The translations under genes were made by a program, and so were the position numbers. Below the pieces are notes generated by a model that was not told the origin of the DNA, ran no database searches, and saw only the letters and a list, made by a program, of their open reading frames with translations. From Nitrospirota bacterium (GTDB taxonomy: Bacteria > Nitrospirota > UBA9217), in NCBI GenBank assembly GCA_029858565.1, contig JAOUEV010000033.1, forward strand, positions 1 to 39,296: DNA of 39,296 bases, read 5' to 3'. Below, in pieces: positions 1 through 8,671 of the stretch (positions are counted from its first letter, which is position 1; every line of letters starts with the position of its first letter).

Positions 1-432
1 TCCGAGACAGAGTTCGGCTTCGCCGAAGACGAGTTGGCACTCCTGCGGAGTGAACGCCTGGTCCTCGACGAGCAGAAAGTATTCCTTCGTCACCGTGATA
101 TGCGGTGTCCAGGGTATATACGGGTCACGGATAAGATCGAATGTCTTGTGCATGAACCCGAGTATCGACGGATATTTTACGAAGGCAAGCACGTAGTAGT
201 TTGCGTGGTCATGCGGCGAGGACCAGAACTTCGGCTCCCACACGAACTCGGCGAGTTTCATATTCAGCATCTGGTGCGCGTGCGTACCGCACCGCTGCTC
301 GACGGCGTAATGGTCGATCTCGGCTCCGCCGAAGAACTTGAGGGTCAGGTGCGCGGGCTTATCGAAGCCCTTCATCGTGACGGGAAATTGAACCCACGAG
401 TAGGGCTTCGTCGGGAAGGTCACGCGTTTCAT
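1..432 (-). CDS. 2H phosphoesterase (LigT/Acb1-like), 3' end truncated by the window
   Basis: Manual translation from ATG at 432 (ATGA overlap with the upstream stop): MKRVTFPTKPYSWVQFPVTMKGFDKPAHLTLKFFGG...DPYIPWTPHITVTKEYF... Two HxT motifs (H28, H111); frame open to base 1; absent from the ORF track. Confidence 0.8.
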   Translation of the reverse strand, partial: MKRVTFPTKPYSWVQFPVTMKGFDKPAHLTLKFFGGAEIDHYAVEQRCGTHAHQMLNMKLAEFVWEPKFWSSPHDHANYYVLAFVKYPSILGFMHKTFDLIRDPYIPWTPHITVTKEYFLLVEDQAFTPQECQLVFGEAELCLG

Positions 433-650
433 TTCTCAAGCCTCATCGTGGTAGTGGCGCGCCCGGTGCCTTTCGGATCGCGCGTAGACATCTTGACCTC
501 GCGGCCCGCCGTGAAGTCGGTCTTCAGCTGCATGACCTTCCCCGGCGGCTGCTCGCGAACGACGGCGTTGTGGCTGAAGATCCGCTCGACCCACCAGGAA
601 AGTTGCGAGGCCGGGACGTCTTCGTAGACGGTGGTGACTGTGATTTTCAA
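429..650 (-). CDS. hypothetical protein (73 aa)
   Basis: 3' part of track ORF 429..803; TTG at 650 overlaps the upstream stop (TTGA) behind a GAGGAG-like RBS. Confidence 0.6.
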   Translation of the reverse strand: MKITVTTVYEDVPASQLSWWVERIFSHNAVVREQPPGKVMQLKTDFTAGREVKMSTRDPKGTGRATTTMRLEK

Positions 651-874
651 TTGGCTCTCTCCTCTGCCGGCGTGATCTCGGCCTCCGGCATCTTCCCGTT
701 GAGCCGGTCGATCAGGGCGTCGGCCCATCTGACGGAATCGTCCGCGACCGCGTGGTACTGGCAGCCGTGGCGCTTGTACATATCCTCGTTCGTGAGCCGG
801 CATTTCATCGCCTCGACGGCGTAGTGTTCCCGAAGCGTCATCTCGCTCGCGGGCTTGTTCGGAATCGTTGACAT
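647..874 (-). CDS. hypothetical phage protein (MSTIPNKPASEMTLREHYAVEAM...)
   Basis: ATG at 874 in a TGATG overlap; MTLR.hyA..AM...A..a...ADALI pattern is common in small phage proteins. Confidence 0.7.
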   Translation of the reverse strand: MSTIPNKPASEMTLREHYAVEAMKCRLTNEDMYKRHGCQYHAVADDSVRWADALIDRLNGKMPEAEITPAEERAN

Positions 875-1089
875 CACCTTCTCCTCTGATGGTTGATTCG
901 CCGCTCGACCATATCGTCGAGGATGCGGCCAGCCCACGCCGATTGTTTCGGCGTGAGGTCGTCGGCGTCGGTCTCCCACTTCTCGAGGATGAACCGCGCT
1001 GCCTTCTCGTTGTACTCGGACTCTTCGCCGAGGAGAGTCACATCCTCGCGCATGATCTTGTCGCCCTCGAACCATTCCCCCACGGTCAT
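874..1089 (-). CDS. hypothetical protein
   Basis: Track ORF that tiles tightly into the leftward operon. Confidence 0.65.
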   Translation of the reverse strand: MTVGEWFEGDKIMREDVTLLGEESEYNEKAARFILEKWETDADDLTPKQSAWAGRILDDMVERRINHQRRR

Positions 1090-1094
1090 AAAGC

Positions 1095-1280
1095 TTACTT
1101 CCCGACCGTCACGATATATTGGATGTCGAGGCCGACGACGTGCTTCCAGAGCTCCTGCTTCTGTTCATTGGTGAGGGCTCTGGTCGAGCGCACCGTCATC
1201 GTCTTCTTGGCGTGGTTCTCCTCGACGGAGAACTCGCCGATGTCGGCCTTGATGCTCATCAGATAGTTGAGGACGTTCAT
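1095..1280 (-). CDS. hypothetical protein (MNVLNYLMSIK...)
   Basis: ATG at 1280 in an ATGA overlap with the upstream gene. Confidence 0.65.
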   Translation of the reverse strand: MNVLNYLMSIKADIGEFSVEENHAKKTMTVRSTRALTNEQKQELWKHVVGLDIQYIVTVGK

Positions 1281-1729
1281 CGGCGACCTCGCTCTTCGCT
1301 GCAGCACTCGGCGGCGAAACGTACCGCCATCGCCGCGACCTGCATCGCTTCCTTCTTCATGCCGCCGAGATCACGCTTCGACTGGTTCGTCCAGACATGC
1401 TGCTTCAACTCGTCGACCTCTTCCTGGAGGACCGCGAAGCCCTCGTGTGCCGAGTTGAACGCGCCGTACTTCTCGCGGCCCGTGACCGCTTCGGCCTCGA
1501 TCTCCTCGAAGATTTCCTGATAAGGATTCACCGTCTTCTCCTTTGTAAGTAGTAACTCAGACCCGTGATTGATTCGTAATACCGACCAGAGATCGCGACG
1601 CCCGGCTTCGCCTATATCATTTAGAAATGAAACGAAGTCGGTCTCCATTTTCTGATTGAGTTTAGCGACGTAAGCTTCGCCCTCCCACCAGAGGACGATC
1701 TGGTGGGTCGCTGGATCTTTATAAGTCAT
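1277..1729 (-). CDS. MazG-like nucleotide pyrophosphohydrolase, with an N-terminal extra domain or an internal start at 1531
   Basis: HEGFAVLQEEVDEL...KKEAMQVAAMAVRF is the MazG-type EExxE...E pattern. ATG at 1729 (ATGA overlap); second in-frame GTG at 1531 after AAGGAG. Confidence 0.7.
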   Translation of the reverse strand: MTYKDPATHQIVLWWEGEAYVAKLNQKMETDFVSFLNDIGEAGRRDLWSVLRINHGSELLLTKEKTVNPYQEIFEEIEAEAVTGREKYGAFNSAHEGFAVLQEEVDELKQHVWTNQSKRDLGGMKKEAMQVAAMAVRFAAECCSEERGRR

Positions 1730-2319
1730 CGCATGGCCTCCTCGTAAGCACGGTTGAGCAGAGTCATCGCCTCGTGGCTCCCACCGAAGTCGGGATGGTT
1801 TACTGCGGCCAGTTCGCGGTACCGGGCTTTGATATGTTCTTTCGACGAGTGACGGGGAACTCCGAGTACGTCCCACCAGTCGCGCTTCGCGGGAGGAGCC
1901 GGCGGCAGCGCCGTGAATCCCGTAAACGATCGTTCCATCAGATCCGACGAACCCCAGCGCTCGATGCCGCGCAGGGCCTCGATCGTCTTGAAGATCGCGT
2001 AGATGTTCTCCTCGATCTTTCGCCACTGATCGCAGGCGAAGACCATCGACTTCTTCGGCTTGTCCCAGCCCTGGGATTTCTGGAAGTAGACGGCGACGCC
2101 CGTATCGTCGGGCTGCCTGTAGCCGGAGTACGGGAGCCCGTCGTTGGTGGAGAGGATGATGTTCGTCGCGCCGAAGCGTTTGAGTTCCGCCATCAGATAG
2201 TCCCTGGCGACGGCGAAACTCTTATCGGCGAACTTCGACGTACGCCTCTGGTAACTCGTCGTCCGCTTCCAGCCCGCCGGCCATTGCAAGGGATAGGCGT
2301 CTATACTCGTGTCGTTCAT
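1726..2319 (-). CDS. J-domain (DnaJ-like) protein
   Basis: C-terminal WWDVLGV...IKARYRELAAVNHPDFGGSHEAMTLLNRAYEEA with the HPD motif; N-terminal AYPLQWPAGW domain. Confidence 0.85.
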   Translation of the reverse strand: MNDTSIDAYPLQWPAGWKRTTSYQRRTSKFADKSFAVARDYLMAELKRFGATNIILSTNDGLPYSGYRQPDDTGVAVYFQKSQGWDKPKKSMVFACDQWRKIEENIYAIFKTIEALRGIERWGSSDLMERSFTGFTALPPAPPAKRDWWDVLGVPRHSSKEHIKARYRELAAVNHPDFGGSHEAMTLLNRAYEEAMR

Positions 2320-2522
2320 GCGTCGAACTCCTCGCTCAATATTTTTTCGGCAGTAGCCCAGTCCTTCGGTGATAATTCTCTAATCTGCTTTCCAAGCGAC
2401 TGCCATACCAATGCGACCGCGAGCTTCGTGCGGTTCGGAAGTAAGTCGCAGATCTCGTCGGTCAGCTTTTCAGCTTCGACCCGGATCTCTTCGCTGCTCT
2501 TTGTGACAATACTGTTGCTCAC
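2316..2522 (-). CDS. hypothetical protein
   Basis: 4-nt overlaps with both neighbours. Confidence 0.65.
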   Translation of the reverse strand: MSNSIVTKSSEEIRVEAEKLTDEICDLLPNRTKLAVALVWQSLGKQIRELSPKDWATAEKILSEEFDA

Positions 2523-4141
2523 CCGATCACCCTCTTTACTCTCTGAGCCTTCGCGAAGAGCGCCGTCATGACCCGCTCGTCCAGCGAACCAGGAACGACC
2601 ACATACTCGCAGCGAACGAACGCGGCGGCATCGCGCCCGCGTCGACTTGTACGCTTCTCACACTGTTTATTAAGTTCATCCGACCAACTCGGTTCGCAAA
2701 ACACGACGCGATCGGCGGCTTGGAGGTTGTGCCCCCGCCCCATCGCCGCGATGTTTCCGACGATGACCCGTACGGAGCCCCGAGCGCCGGACTGGAAGCT
2801 ATGGAACGCTTTCTCCCGAGCCTCCTGCGGAGTGCCGCCCATGACCAGCGCGACGGCATCGCTGCCTCCGCGGCCCTTCGATAGACCTCGTGCGAGCCCG
2901 AGGCAGACTTCCCGGTGCCACGCGAAGAGTAGGATTCTCTCATTCTTGTCCTCCAGCCGATTTAAAATATATTTTACGACCCAGGCGATCTTGGATACCC
3001 CGAGCTCTTTCCTATGGTGAGCGATCTCGCCCTGGCTGAGATCTTCGGAGATCTCGCCTTTGAGGAGCTTCAGATTCTTGCGCTCCCACTCGCGCATCTC
3101 GGGCTTCCGAGTATCCTGGTTCATAAACAGCATCGAGCGGCGTCGCTCCGGGTGATCGAGTTGATCTTCGGTCACCACATGCATGAAGCGCTTCCGGAGG
3201 CGATCGCGAAGCTCCCGCTCGTTCGACGAGTGCTTGAACTCCCATTGACCTCGCTCGTTCATCTTGGCGCCGCAGAACTTGAAACCGTAATCGCGCATTC
3301 CCATGCAGTCGATCGCCTCGGGGTCGAGAGCGTAGACCGGCGCCCAGAGTTCCATCGGCCTGTTCGGCATCGGCGAGCCGTCGAGTAAGACGGTGCGGCC
3401 GGCCGATTGAAAGAGCCCCCCGTACGTGCGGTACTTCGATGCGCCTCCGAAGAGCGCCTTCGTACGGGAGGCCAGCGGATCTTTGAACCTCGAGGCCTCG
3501 TCGACCGCGAGCAGTTTGATTCGGATTTTCTTTAAGGCCGTATAGACCCATTCCTTAGCTAACATCGAATCCGGGACGATCAGGAAGTCGGCCTTCCAGT
3601 GGACGGCCTTCTTGGTCAGCGACGTGCCGACGCGGCCTACGGTCACGAACGCCCGGAAGTGCTTCGTGAAGCGCTCGATCTCGCGCTCCCAGTTATATGT
3701 AAGGTCGGGCGGTACGATGACGACGACCTGGCCGGGCTCTCTGATCAGCATGCCGGCGACTATCGCCTGGGCCGTCTTTCCGGCGCCGGGCGCGTGGGCC
3801 AGATAAGAACGCGTGCGCCCGAGTACCCAGCGCACGCCGTCTATCTGGTGAGCATCGAGAAAAGAAAGCGACGACATCGGAGGGACCGCAAGCTCTCGAT
3901 TGAACGCACGGTTGAAGACTCTCTCGCAGGTGTCATCGGCATAAGGTCTGAACCGTGCCGCCGCTTTCAAAGACGAAGATCGTAGTACGGAGGAGTCGAC
4001 GATCTGCCAGAGATCGCGCTCGTCATCGGGACAGAGATGCGAATGGGGCGACGGCCCCAAAAGCTCGAGATAGAAATGCTTGTCGGTGTTGTCGAAGCGC
4101 AAGACGGCGCTCTCGGTTTGTCCCATCCCCTGTTTTTTCAT
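2519..4141 (-). CDS. SNF2/SF2-family DNA helicase
   Basis: Walker A PGAGKT, DEAS box, GSPMPN, GRGHNLQ, QCEKRTSRRG. Confidence 0.9.
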   Translation of the reverse strand: MKKQGMGQTESAVLRFDNTDKHFYLELLGPSPHSHLCPDDERDLWQIVDSSVLRSSSLKAAARFRPYADDTCERVFNRAFNRELAVPPMSSLSFLDAHQIDGVRWVLGRTRSYLAHAPGAGKTAQAIVAGMLIREPGQVVVIVPPDLTYNWEREIERFTKHFRAFVTVGRVGTSLTKKAVHWKADFLIVPDSMLAKEWVYTALKKIRIKLLAVDEASRFKDPLASRTKALFGGASKYRTYGGLFQSAGRTVLLDGSPMPNRPMELWAPVYALDPEAIDCMGMRDYGFKFCGAKMNERGQWEFKHSSNERELRDRLRKRFMHVVTEDQLDHPERRRSMLFMNQDTRKPEMREWERKNLKLLKGEISEDLSQGEIAHHRKELGVSKIAWVVKYILNRLEDKNERILLFAWHREVCLGLARGLSKGRGGSDAVALVMGGTPQEAREKAFHSFQSGARGSVRVIVGNIAAMGRGHNLQAADRVVFCEPSWSDELNKQCEKRTSRRGRDAAAFVRCEYVVVPGSLDERVMTALFAKAQRVKRVIG

Positions 4142-4196
4142 CGCTCAGTATATACAGCGCGACGCCCCCTAAAAATTCTCAGTTTCGGTATTGCTC

Positions 4197-4226
4197 AATC
4201 TAAAAGTTTCCCGTAGGCTTTGTCAA
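4197..4226 (-). promoter_or_regulatory. sigma70-type promoter for the leftward operon
   Basis: Minus strand TTGACA-18 nt-TAGATT in the divergent intergenic region. Confidence 0.55.
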
Positions 4227-4290
4227 CCGGAGAATCTGAAAAGACTTCAGCACTTCATCACGCATAGCACCGAGGGAGAGGGGGCATCGC

Positions 4291-4530
4291 TTGGCTAAAT
4301 CCAATGTGGATAAGTCGAACAAATCCACGAAATCCGTTTCAAAATTCATTGCCTGGATCGACGATATAGGCATCGAACCACTTGCCGAAAAATTAGGCAT
4401 CGACCCGTCGGCGGTGTCCCATTGGCGCCGGGGTCACTGCCATCCGCAAGTACGCCACATGAAGAAGATCGTCGAGCTCTCGAAGGGGAAGCTCACCTAT
4501 CAGGAGATCATCGAGGGGGTTCCGCGATGA
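4291..4530 (+). CDS. Cro-like helix-turn-helix regulator
   Basis: GIEPLAEKLGIDPSAVSHWRRG HTH; GGAG/AGGGGG RBS before TTG; divergent from the helicase operon. Confidence 0.8.
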   Translation: MAKSNVDKSNKSTKSVSKFIAWIDDIGIEPLAEKLGIDPSAVSHWRRGHCHPQVRHMKKIVELSKGKLTYQEIIEGVPR

Positions 4531-6878
4531 GCGACGTTCTCAAAGAAGCACGCCGTCTATACAAGGCGGGGTTCGCGATCATCTGGCTTCACCCGAAATC
4601 GAAGCGTCCCGTCGAGTCGAAGTGGACGACCGGCGAGCGCAAGATCTGGGCGTACCTCGAGTCGACGTATAAGGAAGGTTACAACGTAGGCGTCCGGACG
4701 GGTACGCCGTCGAAGCTGAAGGCGGGCTACCTCGCCTGTATCGACGTCGACATCCAAGACCCAGCGTTCGAGGAAGCCGCTATGAAAGTGGTCGAGGGCC
4801 TCGTCGGCCATACGCCGATGCCCGAGGTCCGCTCCGGATCCGGCAACGGCTCGCGCCATCTATATTGCGTGACGCCGGAGCCCTTCAAGATGATCACGGT
4901 CGCGAAATCGACGGAGACCGTCGAGGTCAAGGGGAAGACGAAGCACAAGTTCGAAGTGTGCATCTACTCCGACGGGCGGCAGATGGCGCTGCCTCCGTCT
5001 ATACATCCGGACACGGGCAAGGCGTATAGATGGGAGTATCCGATGGAATCGGAGCTTCCGGAGTTCGACTTCGCGAACGTGAAATCGGTGTCAGCAAGTG
5101 TTAACAAAAAGGCCGGCAAGGCCGGCAAGGCCGGAGGGCAAGCGAGCGAGGCGGATGGCGGCGGTGCCCAGCTAGGTCGCGAAGCGACCGAAGCGGATTT
5201 TGAATTTCATGTGAGCGACGTCGACCTTGACTGGCTCCCGATCTCTGCCAAAGTTTTGGGAGGAATCAAGCATGGAACTAATATCGTCGATCGCTCTAGC
5301 TTCTTGTTACCTGCAGCTACTGCTCTTCACACTGCGGGGCTGGACCGGAACGAGATTCTGTCTGTCCTTACTGACCCTCGCAATTTCCTTAGCGCTTGCG
5401 CTTACGACCACGCACAAACGAAAGATCGCGCGCGAGCCGCGCACTGGCTATGGAAGTACACCATCCGCAAAATCTTCGCCGAACGCTCGGCGACTTCTGT
5501 ATTTTCGAAGGTAGACTCTGAAGCCGGCGACGAGAAGCTTTCGCCCGAAGACGCCGAGAAACAGACCGAGGAGTTACTCTCCGAGATCAACTGGAGGCAG
5601 AATCTCGACCGCACCAAGCAGGGGAAGCTGACCACCAGTCTGAAGAATCTCGATCTGATCTTCTCGCACGCCGTCGAAGGAAACGTCTTCGTGAAAGACC
5701 TCTTCGCCAATCGCGTGATCTACGGAGCCAACGCGCCCTGGGGCGGTAAGGCTCAGGCGCCGCTCGAGGACATCGATCTGATCTTGGTCAAACGATGGCT
5801 CGCGGATGCATACGGTATCGAGCCGGCTACCAACGCCGTTCTCGAGGCGACGTCGCTCGTCGGCCACAAGCAGCGGATTCATCCGGTCAGGGATTGGCTC
5901 GAGACGCTCGAGTGGGACGGAACCCCGCGCGTCGATACCTGGCTGAAGGATTACTGCGAGGGCATAGCGGAGGAGCCGTACCTCTCGCAGGTCAGTCGTA
6001 AATTTTTACTAGCGATGGTCAAACGGGTTTTCGAGCCCGGATGCCAATGGGATTACGTACTCGTCCTCGAAGGTAAACAGGGCCGGTATAAGTCCTCGAT
6101 CGCCCGCGCGCTCGCGTCGGATCGGTGGTTCATGGATAACCTGCCCGACCTCAAAGACAAAGACGCGATGCTGAACCTGCAGGGCAAGTGGCTGATCGAA
6201 CTCGGAGAGCTCACGTCGGTGAAGAGGAGCGATTACAACCTGGTCAAAGCCTATCTCGTCCGTCGCACCGATACGGTTCGCCCGCACTACGGGCGTATCC
6301 AGGCCGATGTTCCGCGGCAGTCGGTGTTCATCGGTACCGTGAACGAGGGGCAATACCTGAAGGACCCGACGGGCAACCGCCGGTACTGGCCGGTGAAGGT
6401 CGGCACCTGCGACGTCAAAGGGCTCTCGGCGGTACGAGACCAACTCTTCGCCGAAGCGATGCATATATACAGGGAGACCGGAGAGATCTTGATGCTCGAT
6501 GAGGTCGCGAACGAGCAAGCGGCGGAGGCCCAGGAAGATCGCCGCGTCGAGGACGACGAGTCGGAGATGCGAGACGCGCTGAAGGACTTCATCGAATCGG
6601 ATGCCGGCAAAGAATTCAATTTCGAACGCTTCCGCGTGCGCGAACTCTTCGAAGGTGTCGGCGCTCCCTGGGGTCGATTTGCAGACAAATCGTATACGCT
6701 TCAGACGGGCACTCTGGTGCTGACGGGGCTCGGGTTCGAGCGCCATAAAATCGGGGGTCAACGGCTCTGGAGAAAGTCGTTCGTGGAGGGCGAAAAACCG
6801 TGGGGCAGACCCCTGGGGCAGACCCCCCATTTGGGGCAGACCCCTCTGCCCCACGACGCCGAAGCGGACTTCCTCTGA
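4527..6878 (+). CDS. bifunctional primase-polymerase fused to a VirE/VapE-type helicase
   Basis: ATG at 4527 (ATGA overlap). Prim-pol motifs NVGVRTG, IDVD, SGSGNGSRHLY, PPSIHP; helicase motifs LEGKQGRYKS, IELGE, GTVN, GNRRYWP. Confidence 0.9.
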   Translation: MSDVLKEARRLYKAGFAIIWLHPKSKRPVESKWTTGERKIWAYLESTYKEGYNVGVRTGTPSKLKAGYLACIDVDIQDPAFEEAAMKVVEGLVGHTPMPEVRSGSGNGSRHLYCVTPEPFKMITVAKSTETVEVKGKTKHKFEVCIYSDGRQMALPPSIHPDTGKAYRWEYPMESELPEFDFANVKSVSASVNKKAGKAGKAGGQASEADGGGAQLGREATEADFEFHVSDVDLDWLPISAKVLGGIKHGTNIVDRSSFLLPAATALHTAGLDRNEILSVLTDPRNFLSACAYDHAQTKDRARAAHWLWKYTIRKIFAERSATSVFSKVDSEAGDEKLSPEDAEKQTEELLSEINWRQNLDRTKQGKLTTSLKNLDLIFSHAVEGNVFVKDLFANRVIYGANAPWGGKAQAPLEDIDLILVKRWLADAYGIEPATNAVLEATSLVGHKQRIHPVRDWLETLEWDGTPRVDTWLKDYCEGIAEEPYLSQVSRKFLLAMVKRVFEPGCQWDYVLVLEGKQGRYKSSIARALASDRWFMDNLPDLKDKDAMLNLQGKWLIELGELTSVKRSDYNLVKAYLVRRTDTVRPHYGRIQADVPRQSVFIGTVNEGQYLKDPTGNRRYWPVKVGTCDVKGLSAVRDQLFAEAMHIYRETGEILMLDEVANEQAAEAQEDRRVEDDESEMRDALKDFIESDAGKEFNFERFRVRELFEGVGAPWGRFADKSYTLQTGTLVLTGLGFERHKIGGQRLWRKSFVEGEKPWGRPLGQTPHLGQTPLPHDAEADFL
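5108..5136 (+). repeat. 9-bp tandem repeat (AAGGCCGGC x3) encoding KAG-KAG-KAG
   Basis: Read directly; lies in the linker between the primase and helicase domains. Confidence 0.7.
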
Positions 6879-7119
6879 TGGGGCAGACGGGGCATACCTG
6901 GGGCATACCCTTTGAGGGGGGTCTGCCCCACCATAGAGCGGTGCAATTTCAAACGGTTAAGTCGTATTTGGGGCAGACGGGGCAGACCTTTTATATTGGT
7001 AGGTAGGGTAAGTAGTTTTTAAGCGTAATTAGGGGGAATAGTATATGAGTAGACATAGTAGTAAGAATAAAAACACACAGGCAGACTATAAGGGAAAAGG
7101 GTATGCCCCCTCTGCCCCA
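6801..7119. repeat. iteron-like GGGGCA(G/T)AC cluster, probable replication origin
   Basis: About 12 copies. Direct at 6802, 6815, 6833, 6880, 6889, 6900, 6970, 6979; inverted at 6845, 6921, 7101, 7111. They flank an AT-rich stretch at about 6990-7075. Confidence 0.75.
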
Positions 7120-7659
7120 CGAGCCGGCCTGGCGTTAGGTATCGATCCCGGCTTCGCCGGCGCTTTCGTGCTCACCGACGGCTCCGATTTTCTGAAGGCC
7201 TGGCCCATGCCTTTGGTGGTCACCGGCGGCGACCGGATGATCGACTTCGACGGCGTACACGAATTGCTCACGGAGATCTTCGAGGGTCATCGCCCGCACG
7301 TCTTCCTCGAGCGCGCGATACCGATGGCGATGGGTTCCAAGGGCGCGTTCAACTATGGCCGCGGTTTCGCTGCGATCGAGATCGCGATCGCGTTGATCGG
7401 GATGCCCGTCACGTACGTCGAGCCCGCGAAGTGGGCCAAGTATATGCACGAGGGCCTCTCGACGGACTTGCGGCCCAAGGCCAAGTCGATGATCGCGGTG
7501 AAGCGTCTATACCCGAAATTGGTCAAAGTCCTACCGACGAATACCAAGGGTACGCTTCAGGACGGTCCTATCGACGCCTTGTTGATCGCTGGATACGGTA
7601 TACGCCGGGGTCTCGTGAACGTCTCGAAACCGGGCAAGGCGGAGGACGATTTCTTTTAG
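7045..7659 (+). CDS. RuvC-like Holliday junction resolvase
   Basis: LGIDPG, VFLE, DGPIDALLIA acidic catalytic motifs; AGGGGG RBS. Confidence 0.85.
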   Translation: MSRHSSKNKNTQADYKGKGYAPSAPRAGLALGIDPGFAGAFVLTDGSDFLKAWPMPLVVTGGDRMIDFDGVHELLTEIFEGHRPHVFLERAIPMAMGSKGAFNYGRGFAAIEIAIALIGMPVTYVEPAKWAKYMHEGLSTDLRPKAKSMIAVKRLYPKLVKVLPTNTKGTLQDGPIDALLIAGYGIRRGLVNVSKPGKAEDDFF

Positions 7660-7662
7660 ATA

Positions 7663-7760
7663 CCCGTATATACGGGATGTGTGCGTATATACGCGACTAG
7701 TAAAATAGTTGGGTCCCTTGCGTATATACGCTTCCAATTACCGACGCGCCACGCTATCCT
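7663..7760 (+). promoter_or_regulatory. three CGTATATACG palindromic operators and a possible promoter
   Basis: CCCGTATATACGGG 7663-7676, GCGTATATACGC 7683-7694 and 7720-7731; TTCCAA-17-TATCCT at 7732-7760. Confidence 0.6.
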
Positions 7761-7788
7761 AGTATTGTAACGAACTAGGAGATAGACG

Positions 7789-7989
7789 ATGACGCAAAAT
7801 CAGATCGAGACCCTACGCAAGATCAAAAAGGCCATCCTCAAAAGCGACGCCGTAGTCGACGTCCTCTGGATGGACGGCGCGATGCCGGAGACGGTTTGCG
7901 AAGCCCTCGACGGCCTCCTCATCGACGCCGGAGTATCGGCGGACGAACTCGAGGCCGACTACCAAGGTACGGATTATGAGCAACGATAA
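7789..7989 (+). CDS. hypothetical protein
   Basis: Strong AGGAGA RBS before ATG. Confidence 0.7.
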   Translation: MTQNQIETLRKIKKAILKSDAVVDVLWMDGAMPETVCEALDGLLIDAGVSADELEADYQGTDYEQR

Positions 7990-8188
7990 GGAACTCGGAA
8001 CGCCGAAGACTTTCGACGAGGCGCTCTTCCGCGCTCTCTGCGTCGGCCCCTTGAGCGAGATCCGCGAGAGGTCGTACCGAGTCTTCAAAGATTATTTAGC
8101 GCAGAAATTCGGCACCGCGATGCTCCAGCACCCCGAGGCCGAAGAGATTTTAAAGAAGCTATTTGACGATATAACTAGGAGGTCTTAG
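7976..8188 (+). CDS. hypothetical protein
   Basis: Track ORF that tiles between neighbours. Confidence 0.65.
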   Translation: MSNDKELGTPKTFDEALFRALCVGPLSEIRERSYRVFKDYLAQKFGTAMLQHPEAEEILKKLFDDITRRS

Positions 8189-8671
8189 ATGAAACGCTCG
8201 ATTGTAAACGTAATTGGTTTTATAACTTTAAACTTATATCTGACCGCTTGCGGCTCGAGCGGCGGAGGCGCCGCCGACTCGTCGAAGACCGACCCCGCGT
8301 CGCCGAATCCGCCGAGCATCGTCGCGCCGACGCCTTCGAATCCTACGGTATCAGGGACCTACTACACCCTGGTGAAGAACGCGACCGTCTCCTCGGGCGG
8401 TAACTCGTATCAGATCACGATGACGGGTCACTGCGCCGTACTCGACTCGGTAGACTATTGCTGGGACGACGGCTTTCAGACCGTGCCCGCGATCGGATAC
8501 AAGACGAGCTTCTGGCAGATCTGTAGAACGGTCGGCGGAGTCGTAGGTCAATGCTCGAGCGGCACCGATCCGGTCGACGGAGTTCCGACACCTTGGACGG
8601 AGATGGCGGCGAAGCTCGTCACCCCTCCCTTCACTCCATCAAATGTATACGCGCAAGGAATTGCGACGTAG
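8189..8671 (+). CDS. lipoprotein, possibly superinfection exclusion; may extend through TAG to 8746
   Basis: GGAGG RBS; MKR + hydrophobic core + lipobox LTAC, then a Gly/Ser/Pro linker and a Cys-containing beta-rich domain. Confidence 0.75.
   Translation: MKRSIVNVIGFITLNLYLTACGSSGGGAADSSKTDPASPNPPSIVAPTPSNPTVSGTYYTLVKNATVSSGGNSYQITMTGHCAVLDSVDYCWDDGFQTVPAIGYKTSFWQICRTVGGVVGQCSSGTDPVDGVPTPWTEMAAKLVTPPFTPSNVYAQGIAT

Noticed and set aside
34-627. 197-aa plus-strand ORF
   Set aside because: Antisense shadow of the tightly coupled minus-strand genes, including the 2H phosphoesterase; no motifs.
4142-4160. CAGTATATACAG as a LexA/SOS box
   Set aside because: Does not fit CTGT-N8-ACAG spacing; kept only as a possible copy of the GTATATAC operator core.
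6801-7119. Repeat cluster as a CRISPR array
   Set aside because: Units are 9 bp, irregularly spaced and in both orientations, with no spacers or cas genes.
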